DNA of 59,528 nucleotides from a virus (IMGVR_UViG_3300022822_000020:1-59528); one strand, 5' to 3'; positions 34,008 through 43,507 are shown, numbered from the stretch's first letter. The notes: generated by a model not told the origin, from the letters alone. Numbers and translations are program-made.

Positions 34008-37000
34008 ATGGCTATTAACGATGATCTCTACGATAGAATTGTACAGCATTTAGCTGATACAAGGCTATACGAGTTAGAAACACAAACTAATGTCTCTCGC
34101 GGTATTCGCAGACACCAGAAAAGGCTTAGAGATCTTCTAGTACGCAATATCCGAGCAGATATGAAGCCTGAGATTACTCGCGCAATGAAAGAAATAAACA
34201 GTATTGCAAGTAATAGCGTAAATGATTTTGCTGGTGCAGCTTCCTCTTTTCATGCTAACAACTTACAGAAATCTACAGGTAGCTTCTTTAAGGTTATAAA
34301 ACCTTCTGCTGCTGAAACAGCAATTGATATCATTGGTCCAAACATCAAAGTATCAAAAAGCTTAAAAGATCATTTTAATTCTATTGGTTCTGGTGAATTA
34401 AATAGAATTAATGGTAAAGTTAGAGATGGTTTAGCAAATAAATTATCACAAAAGCAGATCATTGAAAGTGTTATAGAGACAACCAAATTAACCGAATCAC
34501 AAGTTAAATCCCTTGTGAGAACCGCTATTACCCGTACTGAAGCTGTGGCTATCGATAAGGTGATGGAAAGAAACAAGGACATTATTTATGGATATCGTTT
34601 TACTGCTGTACTTGACGCTCGAACAAGTACTACCTGTTCCAGTCTCGATGGTCAAGTATTCCCTCTCGAGGACGTTCGATATAGACCACCTCTTCACTGG
34701 AATTGCCGATCAGCGTTGGTCCCCGTTTTAAAGACTAAAGAAGATATACTAAAGACTGACTCAGAGAGACTTAAAAAGCGTAAGCTACAAGAAGTAGCTG
34801 CTAACCAGCTTAATGGTAAGTCACCTAATGTTGAGGATTACTCTACTTGGCTATTAAGACAGACCATGGGTATTCAAACCCAACACCTTGGTTCAGAAGA
34901 AGCTGCAACGCTCTTCCAAGCAGGTACTCTTAAAGTAACAGAGTTCTTTACCGCTAAAGGCCGTGGTATTAGCATTGCTGCATTACGTCAACTAGATAAT
35001 GCTAGGACGTTAGTATTCCCTAACCGACAAGCGGCTATTAGTAAGATTGACAATGATGGTAATAAGTTACTAAGCATCAAGCGACCCTACGATCTTCTTC
35101 GGAGTACAGATTATCAGAAACAATTAAGAGCTCTCTATATTGCTGACTCTGATGATATTCGTCAAGCTATGTCCTTAACTGACTTTAGAGGTACAACTTT
35201 AGCCGGTAAACGTAGCGTCCGTATGCGAGCTAACAATGAATTTGATGAACGTAATCAGTCGTTTGATCCCTTTACAGGTGAAGTTAAGTCTACACTGCTT
35301 TATGACCCTGACCTGTCTGTCTATCAAGAACGATTGGACTTCCTTGACAACTCTAAGTTGCTAACAAAAGACCAAAAAGGATTTATTAGAGACTTTGCTG
35401 AGAGCCTTGAAGATCAGGTTAGTGTAAATAATCAATCAGTTATTGTAGAGAATCTACGTATTCTATTTGAGCGTTATGCCAAGGACAAGACACAGTGGGA
35501 TGACTTCATTAAGGTCTCAAGAGCTGAACAGCAGTTTAGTGTAGCCAACGTATCTCGCATCCTCGATAGACGGTCAAGAGAACGAGCAGAACTGTTTGCT
35601 AAATACCTTGGTGGTGAAGAGGCGAAGGTACAGATTCAAGGGCGCTACTTCTCTTTCCAAGATTTAGTTGAGAATCAACTCGGTAATCAAAGGTTTATTG
35701 ACAACTGGTCAAGAGACTTTGGTAGAGAGCTAGCACGCTCAGTCTACTACCGTGGTAGGTCGCCGTTACGTACCTACTTTTTTAAGCCTAGTAATATTGA
35801 CGTTAACGATAAAATACATAACTGGATTAAGACAAATATACCCGGTGCTAAAGCATTATATATCCGAGAGTTAGATGATATTGAGGTATTCAAGAAAATC
35901 AAACAGAAAATAAACTCTGTTAAAGATTTTTTAGATATCGATAAGCAATTAACATCAAGCAAAGAACAAATCAGAAAAATAATTGACTTTGAAATATCAG
36001 CAAGAAGCTTAAAGAATAAATACGTAAATAATTTTCTTGATGAAACTTTAAATGACAAACAAGCTATTGATCTCCTTTCAAAGATTCTAGCAGGTGTTGC
36101 AGACGGTAAGGCTACTGATTACGATTCTATCGCTATTAATATTGGTAAGACGCTAAGAGACAATTGGAAATTACCTTTCCCATCGTATAAATCTACACTC
36201 GCTGACTACCACAAAGACGGTTCTGATATCCTACAGCTTTTAAAAGAGCAAGGAAAGATCAAGATACAGCTGAGAGGTAAATCAAGACGAAGTGTTACTG
36301 ACCTCGAAACAGGTAGAGCTACAGGTGCTTGGAAAGACACAATATCAAGAGAAGTTCTCATTGTTGATAAGGATATGCTGGAGCTTCAATCGAAGAATCG
36401 ACAAATATTACTCACTCAACGATTTGGTATTACTAATAATCGTGATAAACTATTTGTTAAAGCAGGTCAAAAGACTTACTTTGATGCAAGAGGTAAAAAC
36501 ACAGGTATCAGTATTATTACAAGACGTGCCTCTGGTAACTATGATAAGGTATTAGTAGATAAAGACTTTGCTAGGATGCTAAATCACACTATGAGTGTTG
36601 AGTACGAAACTGATCTTGATTTTGCTTCGTTTATGGATGATCTTGTACGCTTTAGAGACCCACGAGGTAACTCTGCTAAGTATGATGAGATTAATGAGTT
36701 CAGAAAACTTATCATAAAACGAGGTGATCAAGGTTACGGTTTTATGCAAACTGTAAAGTACCACAATCAACGAGGTAAGCCCTTCACAGTAGTAGCCCAG
36801 ATTGATGGCAGGGGACGCGTTTACTATCAGGGATACCTTACCCCTACCGGAGGTGAAGTTGTTCGACCGTTCCTCAACTCTGCTGTCTCTCAGCCTTTTG
36901 GGTTGCAGGAGTTGAAAGAGCTAGCTGTTCAAACAGGCTCGTTGATCGGTCCGGCTACAGAAGCTCTATCTAATGCGGGTAGGTTGGCTATCTTTGAAAA

Positions 37001-38447
37001 GAATGAAGCTGATATTTTATCACTTGGTAGGTTACTGTTGTCTAAGACTCAGAGAGATCGCCGTATAAGGGAATTTCTTGAACATCCTCTTATTGTAGGA
37101 TTAGAAGCTGAAGAAGTACCTAAGATGTCAAGGTTAGCTCTTGAGTATGCACGAGTCTATGATCATGTTAACGGTAACTTTACGGATGCTAAAAAGTTAA
37201 GTACATATCGCACAAAGCTAATGATTGAGAATGACGCTTCTTCAAGCGGTGCTCAGATTATTGGTTTAAGCACACGAGATAGAAGTATTTCACTAAACTC
37301 TAACGTAGTACCTACTACACAAAAGAACAGGTTGTATGACCTTGTTGCTATGGACACCGTTGGTGATCCTGAATTTCAGATGATTGATAAGCTAGCTGAT
37401 GCTAATATTCAATGGACTGATTTACAGAAAGCAGCAAAAGCACAAAATATGGTTTCATTTTACGGTGCTGGTAAAGCCACACAAGCCGCTAACATTGAAG
37501 CTAAATTTGCGGGTATCCTTCAAAAGAAAGGTTATACCGTAATTACAAGAGAAGAATTGCGTGGTGTTAACAATCAAATTGATAAGTTAATACGTGACGC
37601 TGACCGTATTGGTGCAGATAACACTGTATATGGTCTAAAACAGTTAAAACGTGAACTGATAGATGTACTAGAAAACGAAGTCCCCGTGGGACGAGAGTTA
37701 CTTGCTGCAGCTAGGGACGTTCACCCTGATGTTGAAGCCTTCGTGGATAAACTCTCAAATACGAGAGTAGGTCTAATCGGTCCTCAAGAATTCAGACAAG
37801 TATCCGAGATTATGTCAAGGAAGCTTGCTGAAAGAGCACCCATTACTCAGAAGTTCGTTCAGTTCTGGAAAGAAGCAGCAAAGATTTATGTTGATGAAAC
37901 TCAAAAAGTAGATATACCTTGGGTTACATTCGATAAAAAAGTGCTGTACCAACGCTACCGTCCTAAGATTCAAACAAGTATTGAATTCAAAGACCCTATA
38001 ACAGGTAGAATGGTTAGGAACATTTATGAAGCAAAAGCAGAAGATGCGACATTATTAGGAAAAGCTAGTCTAAACAGAGCGGGAATCGGTATGGGTGTTA
38101 ATGGTAATCATATGAATGACGCCAGTATTGTTCGGCAATTCCATTTATGGGGTGCGAGAAGCAATACACCTACAGCTACAATTCATGACGCTTTCTTTAC
38201 AAACATCGGTAATGCTCAAAAAGCTAAAGATGCCTTAAGGGTTATTTATGCAGATTCACTTGATAGTGATACACTATTAAATACGCTTAAGCAACTACGC
38301 CGAGAAGGAATGTCAAGAAAGAGTTATGATCTGTTAGTAAAAAGAGCCATTGAAGATGGCTTACTAAACCCAGCTAATGCTTTGACTAGAGAAGAGATTT
38401 TAGCGCCGATTAGACCCGGTTATGATTTTTATGGAATCGGTCCATAA
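34008..38447 (+). CDS. MuF/SPP1-gp7 head morphogenesis domain fused to a second T7-like RNA polymerase (RNAP-2, putative virion RNAP), 1479 aa
   Basis: N-term YRFTAVLDARTSTTCSSLDG..PPLHWNCRS; C-term DGRGRVY, DASSSGAQ, QKAAKAQNMVSFYG, NGNHMND, IHDAF. Confidence 0.88.
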   Translation: MAINDDLYDRIVQHLADTRLYELETQTNVSRGIRRHQKRLRDLLVRNIRADMKPEITRAMKEINSIASNSVNDFAGAASSFHANNLQKSTGSFFKVIKPSAAETAIDIIGPNIKVSKSLKDHFNSIGSGELNRINGKVRDGLANKLSQKQIIESVIETTKLTESQVKSLVRTAITRTEAVAIDKVMERNKDIIYGYRFTAVLDARTSTTCSSLDGQVFPLEDVRYRPPLHWNCRSALVPVLKTKEDILKTDSERLKKRKLQEVAANQLNGKSPNVEDYSTWLLRQTMGIQTQHLGSEEAATLFQAGTLKVTEFFTAKGRGISIAALRQLDNARTLVFPNRQAAISKIDNDGNKLLSIKRPYDLLRSTDYQKQLRALYIADSDDIRQAMSLTDFRGTTLAGKRSVRMRANNEFDERNQSFDPFTGEVKSTLLYDPDLSVYQERLDFLDNSKLLTKDQKGFIRDFAESLEDQVSVNNQSVIVENLRILFERYAKDKTQWDDFIKVSRAEQQFSVANVSRILDRRSRERAELFAKYLGGEEAKVQIQGRYFSFQDLVENQLGNQRFIDNWSRDFGRELARSVYYRGRSPLRTYFFKPSNIDVNDKIHNWIKTNIPGAKALYIRELDDIEVFKKIKQKINSVKDFLDIDKQLTSSKEQIRKIIDFEISARSLKNKYVNNFLDETLNDKQAIDLLSKILAGVADGKATDYDSIAINIGKTLRDNWKLPFPSYKSTLADYHKDGSDILQLLKEQGKIKIQLRGKSRRSVTDLETGRATGAWKDTISREVLIVDKDMLELQSKNRQILLTQRFGITNNRDKLFVKAGQKTYFDARGKNTGISIITRRASGNYDKVLVDKDFARMLNHTMSVEYETDLDFASFMDDLVRFRDPRGNSAKYDEINEFRKLIIKRGDQGYGFMQTVKYHNQRGKPFTVVAQIDGRGRVYYQGYLTPTGGEVVRPFLNSAVSQPFGLQELKELAVQTGSLIGPATEALSNAGRLAIFEKNEADILSLGRLLLSKTQRDRRIREFLEHPLIVGLEAEEVPKMSRLALEYARVYDHVNGNFTDAKKLSTYRTKLMIENDASSSGAQIIGLSTRDRSISLNSNVVPTTQKNRLYDLVAMDTVGDPEFQMIDKLADANIQWTDLQKAAKAQNMVSFYGAGKATQAANIEAKFAGILQKKGYTVITREELRGVNNQIDKLIRDADRIGADNTVYGLKQLKRELIDVLENEVPVGRELLAAARDVHPDVEAFVDKLSNTRVGLIGPQEFRQVSEIMSRKLAERAPITQKFVQFWKEAAKIYVDETQKVDIPWVTFDKKVLYQRYRPKIQTSIEFKDPITGRMVRNIYEAKAEDATLLGKASLNRAGIGMGVNGNHMNDASIVRQFHLWGARSNTPTATIHDAFFTNIGNAQKAKDALRVIYADSLDSDTLLNTLKQLRREGMSRKSYDLLVKRAIEDGLLNPANALTREEILAPIRPGYDFYGIGP

Positions 38448-38516
38448 CAAAACCCCCTAGAATTTGTAATTCAGGAAAAAACTTAAAACACGGCTGTGCC
38501 GAAGGAAAATAAAACA

Positions 38517-39164
38517 ATGAGTGACTTAAACGATAATCTAGATCTTAACAAAAAAGATGATTCAAACCCATCAAACAAAGACACTGAAGCTTTGCTTGAA
38601 AAAATGGTTGAGGAACGTCTTTCTAAAGTTAAGGCAAGTCTAGATAAGGCATACGCAGAACGTGATGAAGCTGTGAAACTACGTGTAAACCTTGAAGAAG
38701 AAAAGAAGCAACAAAAGTTGTCTGCTATGGAAGCTGAAGGTAAACATAAAGAAGTAGCTGAGATGAAAATGGCTGAACTCAAAGAGCGTTTACGCTTAGC
38801 TGAGGAACGTAATACTTCATTATCTCGTGATGCCGCTGTTCGTGATGCTCTCACCGGATTAGACTTCAGAAATGATCGCTCACAACAAATGGCGTATCGT
38901 GATGTGGTTGATCAGTTAGTTCAAGACCCGGAATCCGGAGCTTGGATTCATAAGTCAGGTGCATCCATTAAAGAGTTTGTTAATGCGTTTTCAAAAGATG
39001 AAGACAATACCTTCTTGTTTAAAACCAAGACTAACTCAGGCACTGGCGCTGGCGGAATGTCAGGCACACCTAAGTTAGACCCCAATAAAAAGATGTCACA
39101 AATGACAACTACTGAAATGTTACAGTTGGCAGCAACTGGCAAATTAGGAAACTTTAATTTATAA
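38517..39164 (+). CDS. Capsid scaffolding protein
   Basis: Coiled-coil, charged, Gly-rich C-terminal linker, directly upstream of the MCP; SD AAGGA favours ATG 38517. Confidence 0.75.
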   Translation: MSDLNDNLDLNKKDDSNPSNKDTEALLEKMVEERLSKVKASLDKAYAERDEAVKLRVNLEEEKKQQKLSAMEAEGKHKEVAEMKMAELKERLRLAEERNTSLSRDAAVRDALTGLDFRNDRSQQMAYRDVVDQLVQDPESGAWIHKSGASIKEFVNAFSKDEDNTFLFKTKTNSGTGAGGMSGTPKLDPNKKMSQMTTTEMLQLAATGKLGNFNL

Positions 39165-39188
39165 AATTAATTCTAGGAGAATTTAAAA

Positions 39189-40280
39189 ATGATCGACCAT
39201 ACTCTATTTAAGAACGTAGCACTTGCTATCAGTGCCTACTCTGACGAAGCGTACACAACCGCTAAGAAATTAAACTCTACTGGCCTAGTCGGTACTGATG
39301 CTCGCATCTCTACTACTGGCGAGAGCTTCACTGGCCAACTCCGTTGGTACAAACCTTTGGTTGCTAACATCAACGTAGCAAGCCTAACAAACGCAGCTAA
39401 CGGTACTTACACTGACGTATCTACCGAAATCGCCGACTACATCAAGTCTGTTCGTACTTTTGGTTCACAACAAGTCAACCTACAGCAAGTAATCTCACAA
39501 GAAGACGGTCTATTGAAGATTGCTCGTGACTTTGCTGAAGTACGTGGTACTGACGAATCTAACGCTGTTGTATCAATCCTTAAGGGTGTTGCTTCATACG
39601 AAGTTAGCCGTGGTGCTGGTATCGTAGGTTTTAGCACTGATGCTGATACCTCAAGTGTTGGCGCTTTCGTTGACATCAACGCTGCTAGCGTATTCGGTGA
39701 CGCCGCTTCTAACGCTGCTACTGAGCGTAAGTTATTTGATGCTACCGCTATCGGTGCTGCTCGTGGCCAACGCTTGTTCCAAGCTATCGGCATGGCTTAC
39801 AAGGACAATGAGCCTGACTTTATGTACATGGTTACTAGCCCAGAAGTGCTAGCTGAACTACGTGCTGCTAACTTAGTTGATACCACTACTGTAATGGACG
39901 GCAACTTAAGCTTCCAAACTGTATTCGGTGGAAAATTCCGTTTAGTTGTTAGCCGTGTTGACCAAGGTAACTTAGCTGCTTCTGCTAACGTGAATGCTCA
40001 GTCTGTTAAGACTACCTTCATCGTTAAGCCCGGTTCTATTGCTTTCTCCCCAATCGCTATGCCTGCCCCTGTTGAAGTTGACCGTGATGCGGCTTCTTAC
40101 ACTGGTGGTGGTTCTACCTCTATTTGGTATCGTTACGGTTTCGTAATGCATCCAATGGGTTACGACTGGGCTGGTTCTACTGCTGCTTTTGCTACCAATA
40201 GTGCCTACAGCACTGCCGGTTCATGGGCACGTAAGATGGATGCATTGAATTTAGGCATTCTCCCTATTCTACACGCTTAA
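39189..40280 (+). CDS. Major capsid protein
   Basis: 363 aa after scaffold, strong SD AGGAG, highly biased codons, GGG....WYRYGFVMHPMGYDW C-terminal motif. Confidence 0.85.
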   Translation: MIDHTLFKNVALAISAYSDEAYTTAKKLNSTGLVGTDARISTTGESFTGQLRWYKPLVANINVASLTNAANGTYTDVSTEIADYIKSVRTFGSQQVNLQQVISQEDGLLKIARDFAEVRGTDESNAVVSILKGVASYEVSRGAGIVGFSTDADTSSVGAFVDINAASVFGDAASNAATERKLFDATAIGAARGQRLFQAIGMAYKDNEPDFMYMVTSPEVLAELRAANLVDTTTVMDGNLSFQTVFGGKFRLVVSRVDQGNLAASANVNAQSVKTTFIVKPGSIAFSPIAMPAPVEVDRDAASYTGGGSTSIWYRYGFVMHPMGYDWAGSTAAFATNSAYSTAGSWARKMDALNLGILPILHA

Positions 40281-40298
40281 TACCTTTAGGAGGAACTG

Positions 40299-40799
40299 AT
40301 GGCACTAACTCTTAATGTAAACTCATATGTAACCGTCAGTGAAGCAGAAGATTACTTTGATACCCGCATTGATGCGAGTTCATGGAACTCTGCTGATGCT
40401 GATGACAAGGAGTCGGCCTTAGTGACTGCAACTCTCATACTTGATGAAAATCAATTTATAGGGGCTGCTGTCAGTTCCACCCAAAGTCTTGCATGGCCTC
40501 GTACTAGTGCTAGCTACCTTGACACTAAGTTAGGACAGCGAGTAAATATTGGCATAGGTGAAATACCTAAAAGAATGAAATTAGCTGTTTTTGAAATGGC
40601 TAATCATTTACTTGCCAATGAAAATTTACTTGATAATACTGCACAAACATTTGAGAAAATTAAAATCGGTTCTATTGCAATCGAAGATAATAGCTCAGAC
40701 TATATGCCACCACCCTTGGTTCCGAATACCGCAAGGAAATTCTTAAAACCGTTACTTGTAGCCTCTGCTTCAGGTAATTCATGGTGGAGATCTAACTAA
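40299..40799 (+). CDS. Head-tail adaptor (DnaT-like ssDNA-binding family)
   Basis: NSYVTVSEAEDYF...ALVTAT...QSLAWPR...IP..MKLAVFEMA. Confidence 0.75.
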   Translation: MALTLNVNSYVTVSEAEDYFDTRIDASSWNSADADDKESALVTATLILDENQFIGAAVSSTQSLAWPRTSASYLDTKLGQRVNIGIGEIPKRMKLAVFEMANHLLANENLLDNTAQTFEKIKIGSIAIEDNSSDYMPPPLVPNTARKFLKPLLVASASGNSWWRSN

Positions 40800-41143
40800 T
40801 GGTATCAAAAGCTAAACTACAACTTGCTGTAGACAAAGCTTTTAGTAAACTAGATGCTCTAGCTGTTACGGCTAAATTCACTAATAAAACAGTAACATCC
40901 TTTGATTTCACTGTAGGCGAGATTGTTGCACAATCAAACGTCTATACAACCAAGGGTTTTGTTGAAACTACTAAATCAGAAATCGGTAATACAATTTCAA
41001 CCTTTTTATCTCTTACGGTAAAGACAGGTGGCGTTAATTTTAATGCTTATACCACGGTTGAGATTGACGGTATTACCTATAACTGTTCTGTTCTATCAGG
41101 GAATGCTTACGTAACAACTTTTAAGATTGGAAGGACAACATAA
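40799..41143 (+). CDS. Probable head-closure protein
   Basis: Synteny after the adaptor; TAATG coupling. Confidence 0.55.
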   Translation: MVSKAKLQLAVDKAFSKLDALAVTAKFTNKTVTSFDFTVGEIVAQSNVYTTKGFVETTKSEIGNTISTFLSLTVKTGGVNFNAYTTVEIDGITYNCSVLSGNAYVTTFKIGRTT

Positions 41144-41544
41144 TGTTTAATAAAATTAGACAAGATATTTATGGTGTTTTTGCAAGTAATCTTTGGGAAA
41201 ATCTAGGAATAAGAGTATTTCCTGAGAATTATCAAGGAGATATCGGTACTCAGTTACCGTATATTCGCCTTACAATAATTCCGGGTGTCGCTACTCTAAA
41301 TTCACATAATTTAGAGAAACAGCTTTCTGGCAGAATGGTTTTATCTATTTTTGTAGATAATAATGCCGGAGATAAAGACCTATACGAGTTAGCTGATATA
41401 ATCAATGATTATTTTCAGGGTAAGACTTTAACTAATGGAACGCAATTTGGACCAAGCACATTAATACCGCTTGGCATAGACAAGATTAATAGTTCAATCT
41501 ACAGAGGCGACTATTCAATCACTTTTAAGAAATACGGAGAATAA
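41143..41544 (+). CDS. Probable tail terminator protein
   Basis: PYIRLTI, G.MVLSIFV..G; upstream of the tail tube gene. Confidence 0.6.
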   Translation: MFNKIRQDIYGVFASNLWENLGIRVFPENYQGDIGTQLPYIRLTIIPGVATLNSHNLEKQLSGRMVLSIFVDNNAGDKDLYELADIINDYFQGKTLTNGTQFGPSTLIPLGIDKINSSIYRGDYSITFKKYGE

Positions 41545-41548
41545 AACA

Positions 41549-42079
41549 ATGGCTCACATTACATCCATCGGCGCAGGTATCTTTTCTGCGCTAGCAGTAA
41601 GTACTACTGCAATTACTGACCTAACAACTGTCGATACAGTTGCTGAGTTAGAAGCATTATTCGCAACTACTGGTTTCACTGAAATCAAGAACGTTCGTGA
41701 ATTCCCACAAATCGGTACACCCGCTAACATCGTTAACGTACCCGTTTACGGTCAGAAGACATCTAGCCAGATCCAAGGTCAAGCTGATGCTCCTTCATTA
41801 GAAATGACCATTAACTACATCCCTGCTGACTGGGCACCCGGTACTACACTAGGCGCTTTGGTTGGTGACGGTAACGTTTATGCGTTCCAGTTTTCATTAC
41901 TAAACGCTAAGCCTACAGCCTTAACTTCTGCTGGTCTAGCTACTGTTGCTAACTCTAACTTCTACTTTGTTGGTAAAGTTGAAGCAATCTTAGTTAGCCC
42001 ACAGCTAACAGACGCTAACCAAGCTACTTTGACTCTATCTATTTTAGGTGATTTCTTTGGTCCTACGACTCAAAGCTAA
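41549..42079 (+). CDS. Major tail (tube) protein
   Basis: EIKNVREFPQIGTPANIVNVPVYG..SSQIQGQADAPSLEMTINY; biased codons. Confidence 0.8.
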   Translation: MAHITSIGAGIFSALAVSTTAITDLTTVDTVAELEALFATTGFTEIKNVREFPQIGTPANIVNVPVYGQKTSSQIQGQADAPSLEMTINYIPADWAPGTTLGALVGDGNVYAFQFSLLNAKPTALTSAGLATVANSNFYFVGKVEAILVSPQLTDANQATLTLSILGDFFGPTTQS

Positions 42080-42103
42080 ATCTTAATAGAATCATAGAGT
42101 TAT

Positions 42104-42122
42104 ACCAGGGGACGTTAAAGAA
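42104..42122 (+). promoter_or_regulatory. Phage RNAP promoter-like motif, copy 4
   Basis: ACCAGGGGACGTTAAAGAA, intergenic after the tail tube gene. Confidence 0.82.
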
Positions 42123-42154
42123 GAAGACTCTTTCCGCCCTCCGGTTGCTTTTCT

Positions 42155-42208
42155 TTACACCTATAGGTTATACTTTATATATTATTATAATGATACTTAT
42201 AGGTGTAA
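42155..42208 (+). other. 14-bp inverted repeat in the leader downstream of promoter copy 4
   Basis: TTACACCTATAGGT ... ACTTATAGGTGTAA (one G-U pair). Confidence 0.65.
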
Positions 42209-42232
42209 TTCTCTTATATATAGGACAGTATT

Positions 42233-42469
42233 ATGGACAGTAAACCACCATTTAGTAAATCATTTGTTATGAAGACTACCTTCCGACATATGAAGCGATC
42301 TATCGATATTAGTATTGGTAAATCATTTGAACGTTTAAAAGATTTTGAGAATGATAGCTCGGTAGGTAAGGAAATTATTGAAACCTTATCAGTGCTTCAT
42401 ACTCTTGGTAAAGTACTTGATGAATTTCAGGAAAATAATAAACATCTATTCATTGATAATAAACAGTAA
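42233..42469 (+). CDS. Hypothetical protein in the tail module
   Basis: ORF track; SD AGGA. Confidence 0.7.
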   Translation: MDSKPPFSKSFVMKTTFRHMKRSIDISIGKSFERLKDFENDSSVGKEIIETLSVLHTLGKVLDEFQENNKHLFIDNKQ

Positions 42470-42480
42470 GGAAAATAGTT

Positions 42481-42786
42481 ATGAAACATTTAATTGGTAA
42501 GAACATGGGAAAAGAAGTAGACTTTATGGAAGATAAGGTCACTATTAAGAAGCTAGCTGTTTCTGAGATTATGAAAATCCAAGAAGTAACAAAGAAACAA
42601 AAAGAAGGTGATGAGCTAGGCACCCTGCGAGTAATGATTCGTTTCGCTGTTGAAGGCGCTGGCGAGATGAAAGATAGTGAAATTGATTCATTCCCACTTG
42701 ATGAACTAAGTAAGCTAGGTGCTGAAATTGTTAGGTTCTCAGGTATGGGTGGTCAACCAACAGAAGTTGCCGAATCGGGAAACTAA
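42481..42786 (+). CDS. Tail assembly chaperone (gpG-like)
   Basis: Between tail tube and tape measure; ends at slippery G GGA AAC. Confidence 0.75.
   Translation: MKHLIGKNMGKEVDFMEDKVTIKKLAVSEIMKIQEVTKKQKEGDELGTLRVMIRFAVEGAGEMKDSEIDSFPLDELSKLGAEIVRFSGMGGQPTEVAESGN
42777..42783 (+). promoter_or_regulatory. Programmed -1 ribosomal frameshift site GGGAAAC
   Basis: X XXY YYZ heptamer in frame before TAA; the -1 frame is open into 42831..43100. Confidence 0.8.
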
Positions 42787-43100
42787 CTGAGGAAGAACAA
42801 GCTATCTATGAGTTAGCGTATAGCCTGCGTATGTCTGTATCAGACGTGCTAGCAATGCCTTACGAAGAATTCTTAGGTTGGTTCAAGTTCTTCAAGATCA
42901 GACCTGTGGGTTGGCAAGAAGATTATAGGACTTCATTACTACTTAATGCTCAAGGCGTTAAGAAAAAGGCGAGTGAAATATTCCCATCACTTAAAGCATT
43001 AGAAGGCGGTAGCAAGAGTAAAGGTATTGATCCTAATTTTATGCGTATGCTACAAGGTGCTGTTGGTGGAGATAAAAACTGGAAACCTATACTGGAGTAA
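42777..43100 (+). CDS. Tail assembly chaperone frameshift extension (gpT-like)
   Basis: -1 frame GKLTEEEQAIYELAYSLRMSVSDVLAMPYEEFLGWFKFF...; track start 42831 lacks an SD. Confidence 0.75.
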   Translation, partial: GKLTEEEQAIYELAYSLRMSVSDVLAMPYEEFLGWFKFFKIRPVGWQEDYRTSLLLNAQGVKKKASEIFPSLKALEGGSKSKGIDPNFMRMLQGAVGGDKNWKPILE

Positions 43101-43102
43101 CT

Positions 43103-43450
43103 ATGGCAAATTTAAGTGTGAAAGTTGACTTCAAAAAAGAACTAGAAAAATTAAAAGAAGAAGTCAAAGAAATTGCAAACGATAGCGTAATTGATCGCAC
43201 TGAATTTGCTACAGCGGCTTTAGCAAGAGTAACCCCTATTGATACGGGTTATGCTAGAAGCAGATGGGTTTATAAGTTTGAAAAAAATAGTAGTAATGGG
43301 GATGTTATCGGTATTATCGATAATGATGCTCCCTACATCGGTATTCTTAACAAAGGACATTCAAGGCAAGCGCCTTCGTTCTTTATTGAGAAAACACTAA
43401 TTGCAATAGGTGAACTCGAAGACCCTGTTGTTGATTATTTAGAAGAATAA
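43103..43450 (+). CDS. HK97 gp10-like tail completion protein
   Basis: TPIDTGYARSRW...NDAPYI..LNKGHSRQAP.FF. Confidence 0.75.
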   Translation: MANLSVKVDFKKELEKLKEEVKEIANDSVIDRTEFATAALARVTPIDTGYARSRWVYKFEKNSSNGDVIGIIDNDAPYIGILNKGHSRQAPSFFIEKTLIAIGELEDPVVDYLEE

Positions 43451-43454
43451 TCTT

Positions 43455-43507
43455 ATGCCCTAGATGGTGATCTCTTATTAAAGGGGTTTTCATCTAGGGC
43501 ATTTTTA
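43455..43507 (+). terminator. Long hairpin plus T tract upstream of the tape measure gene
   Basis: ATGCCCTAGATG...CATCTAGGGCAT perfect 12 bp, extended by G-U pairs, then TTTTT. Confidence 0.7.

Noticed and set aside
36809-36817. CAGGGGACG matching the promoter core inside the RNAP-2 gene
   Set aside because: Only 9 nt match, it lacks TAAAGAA, and it is explained by the codons of DGRGR.
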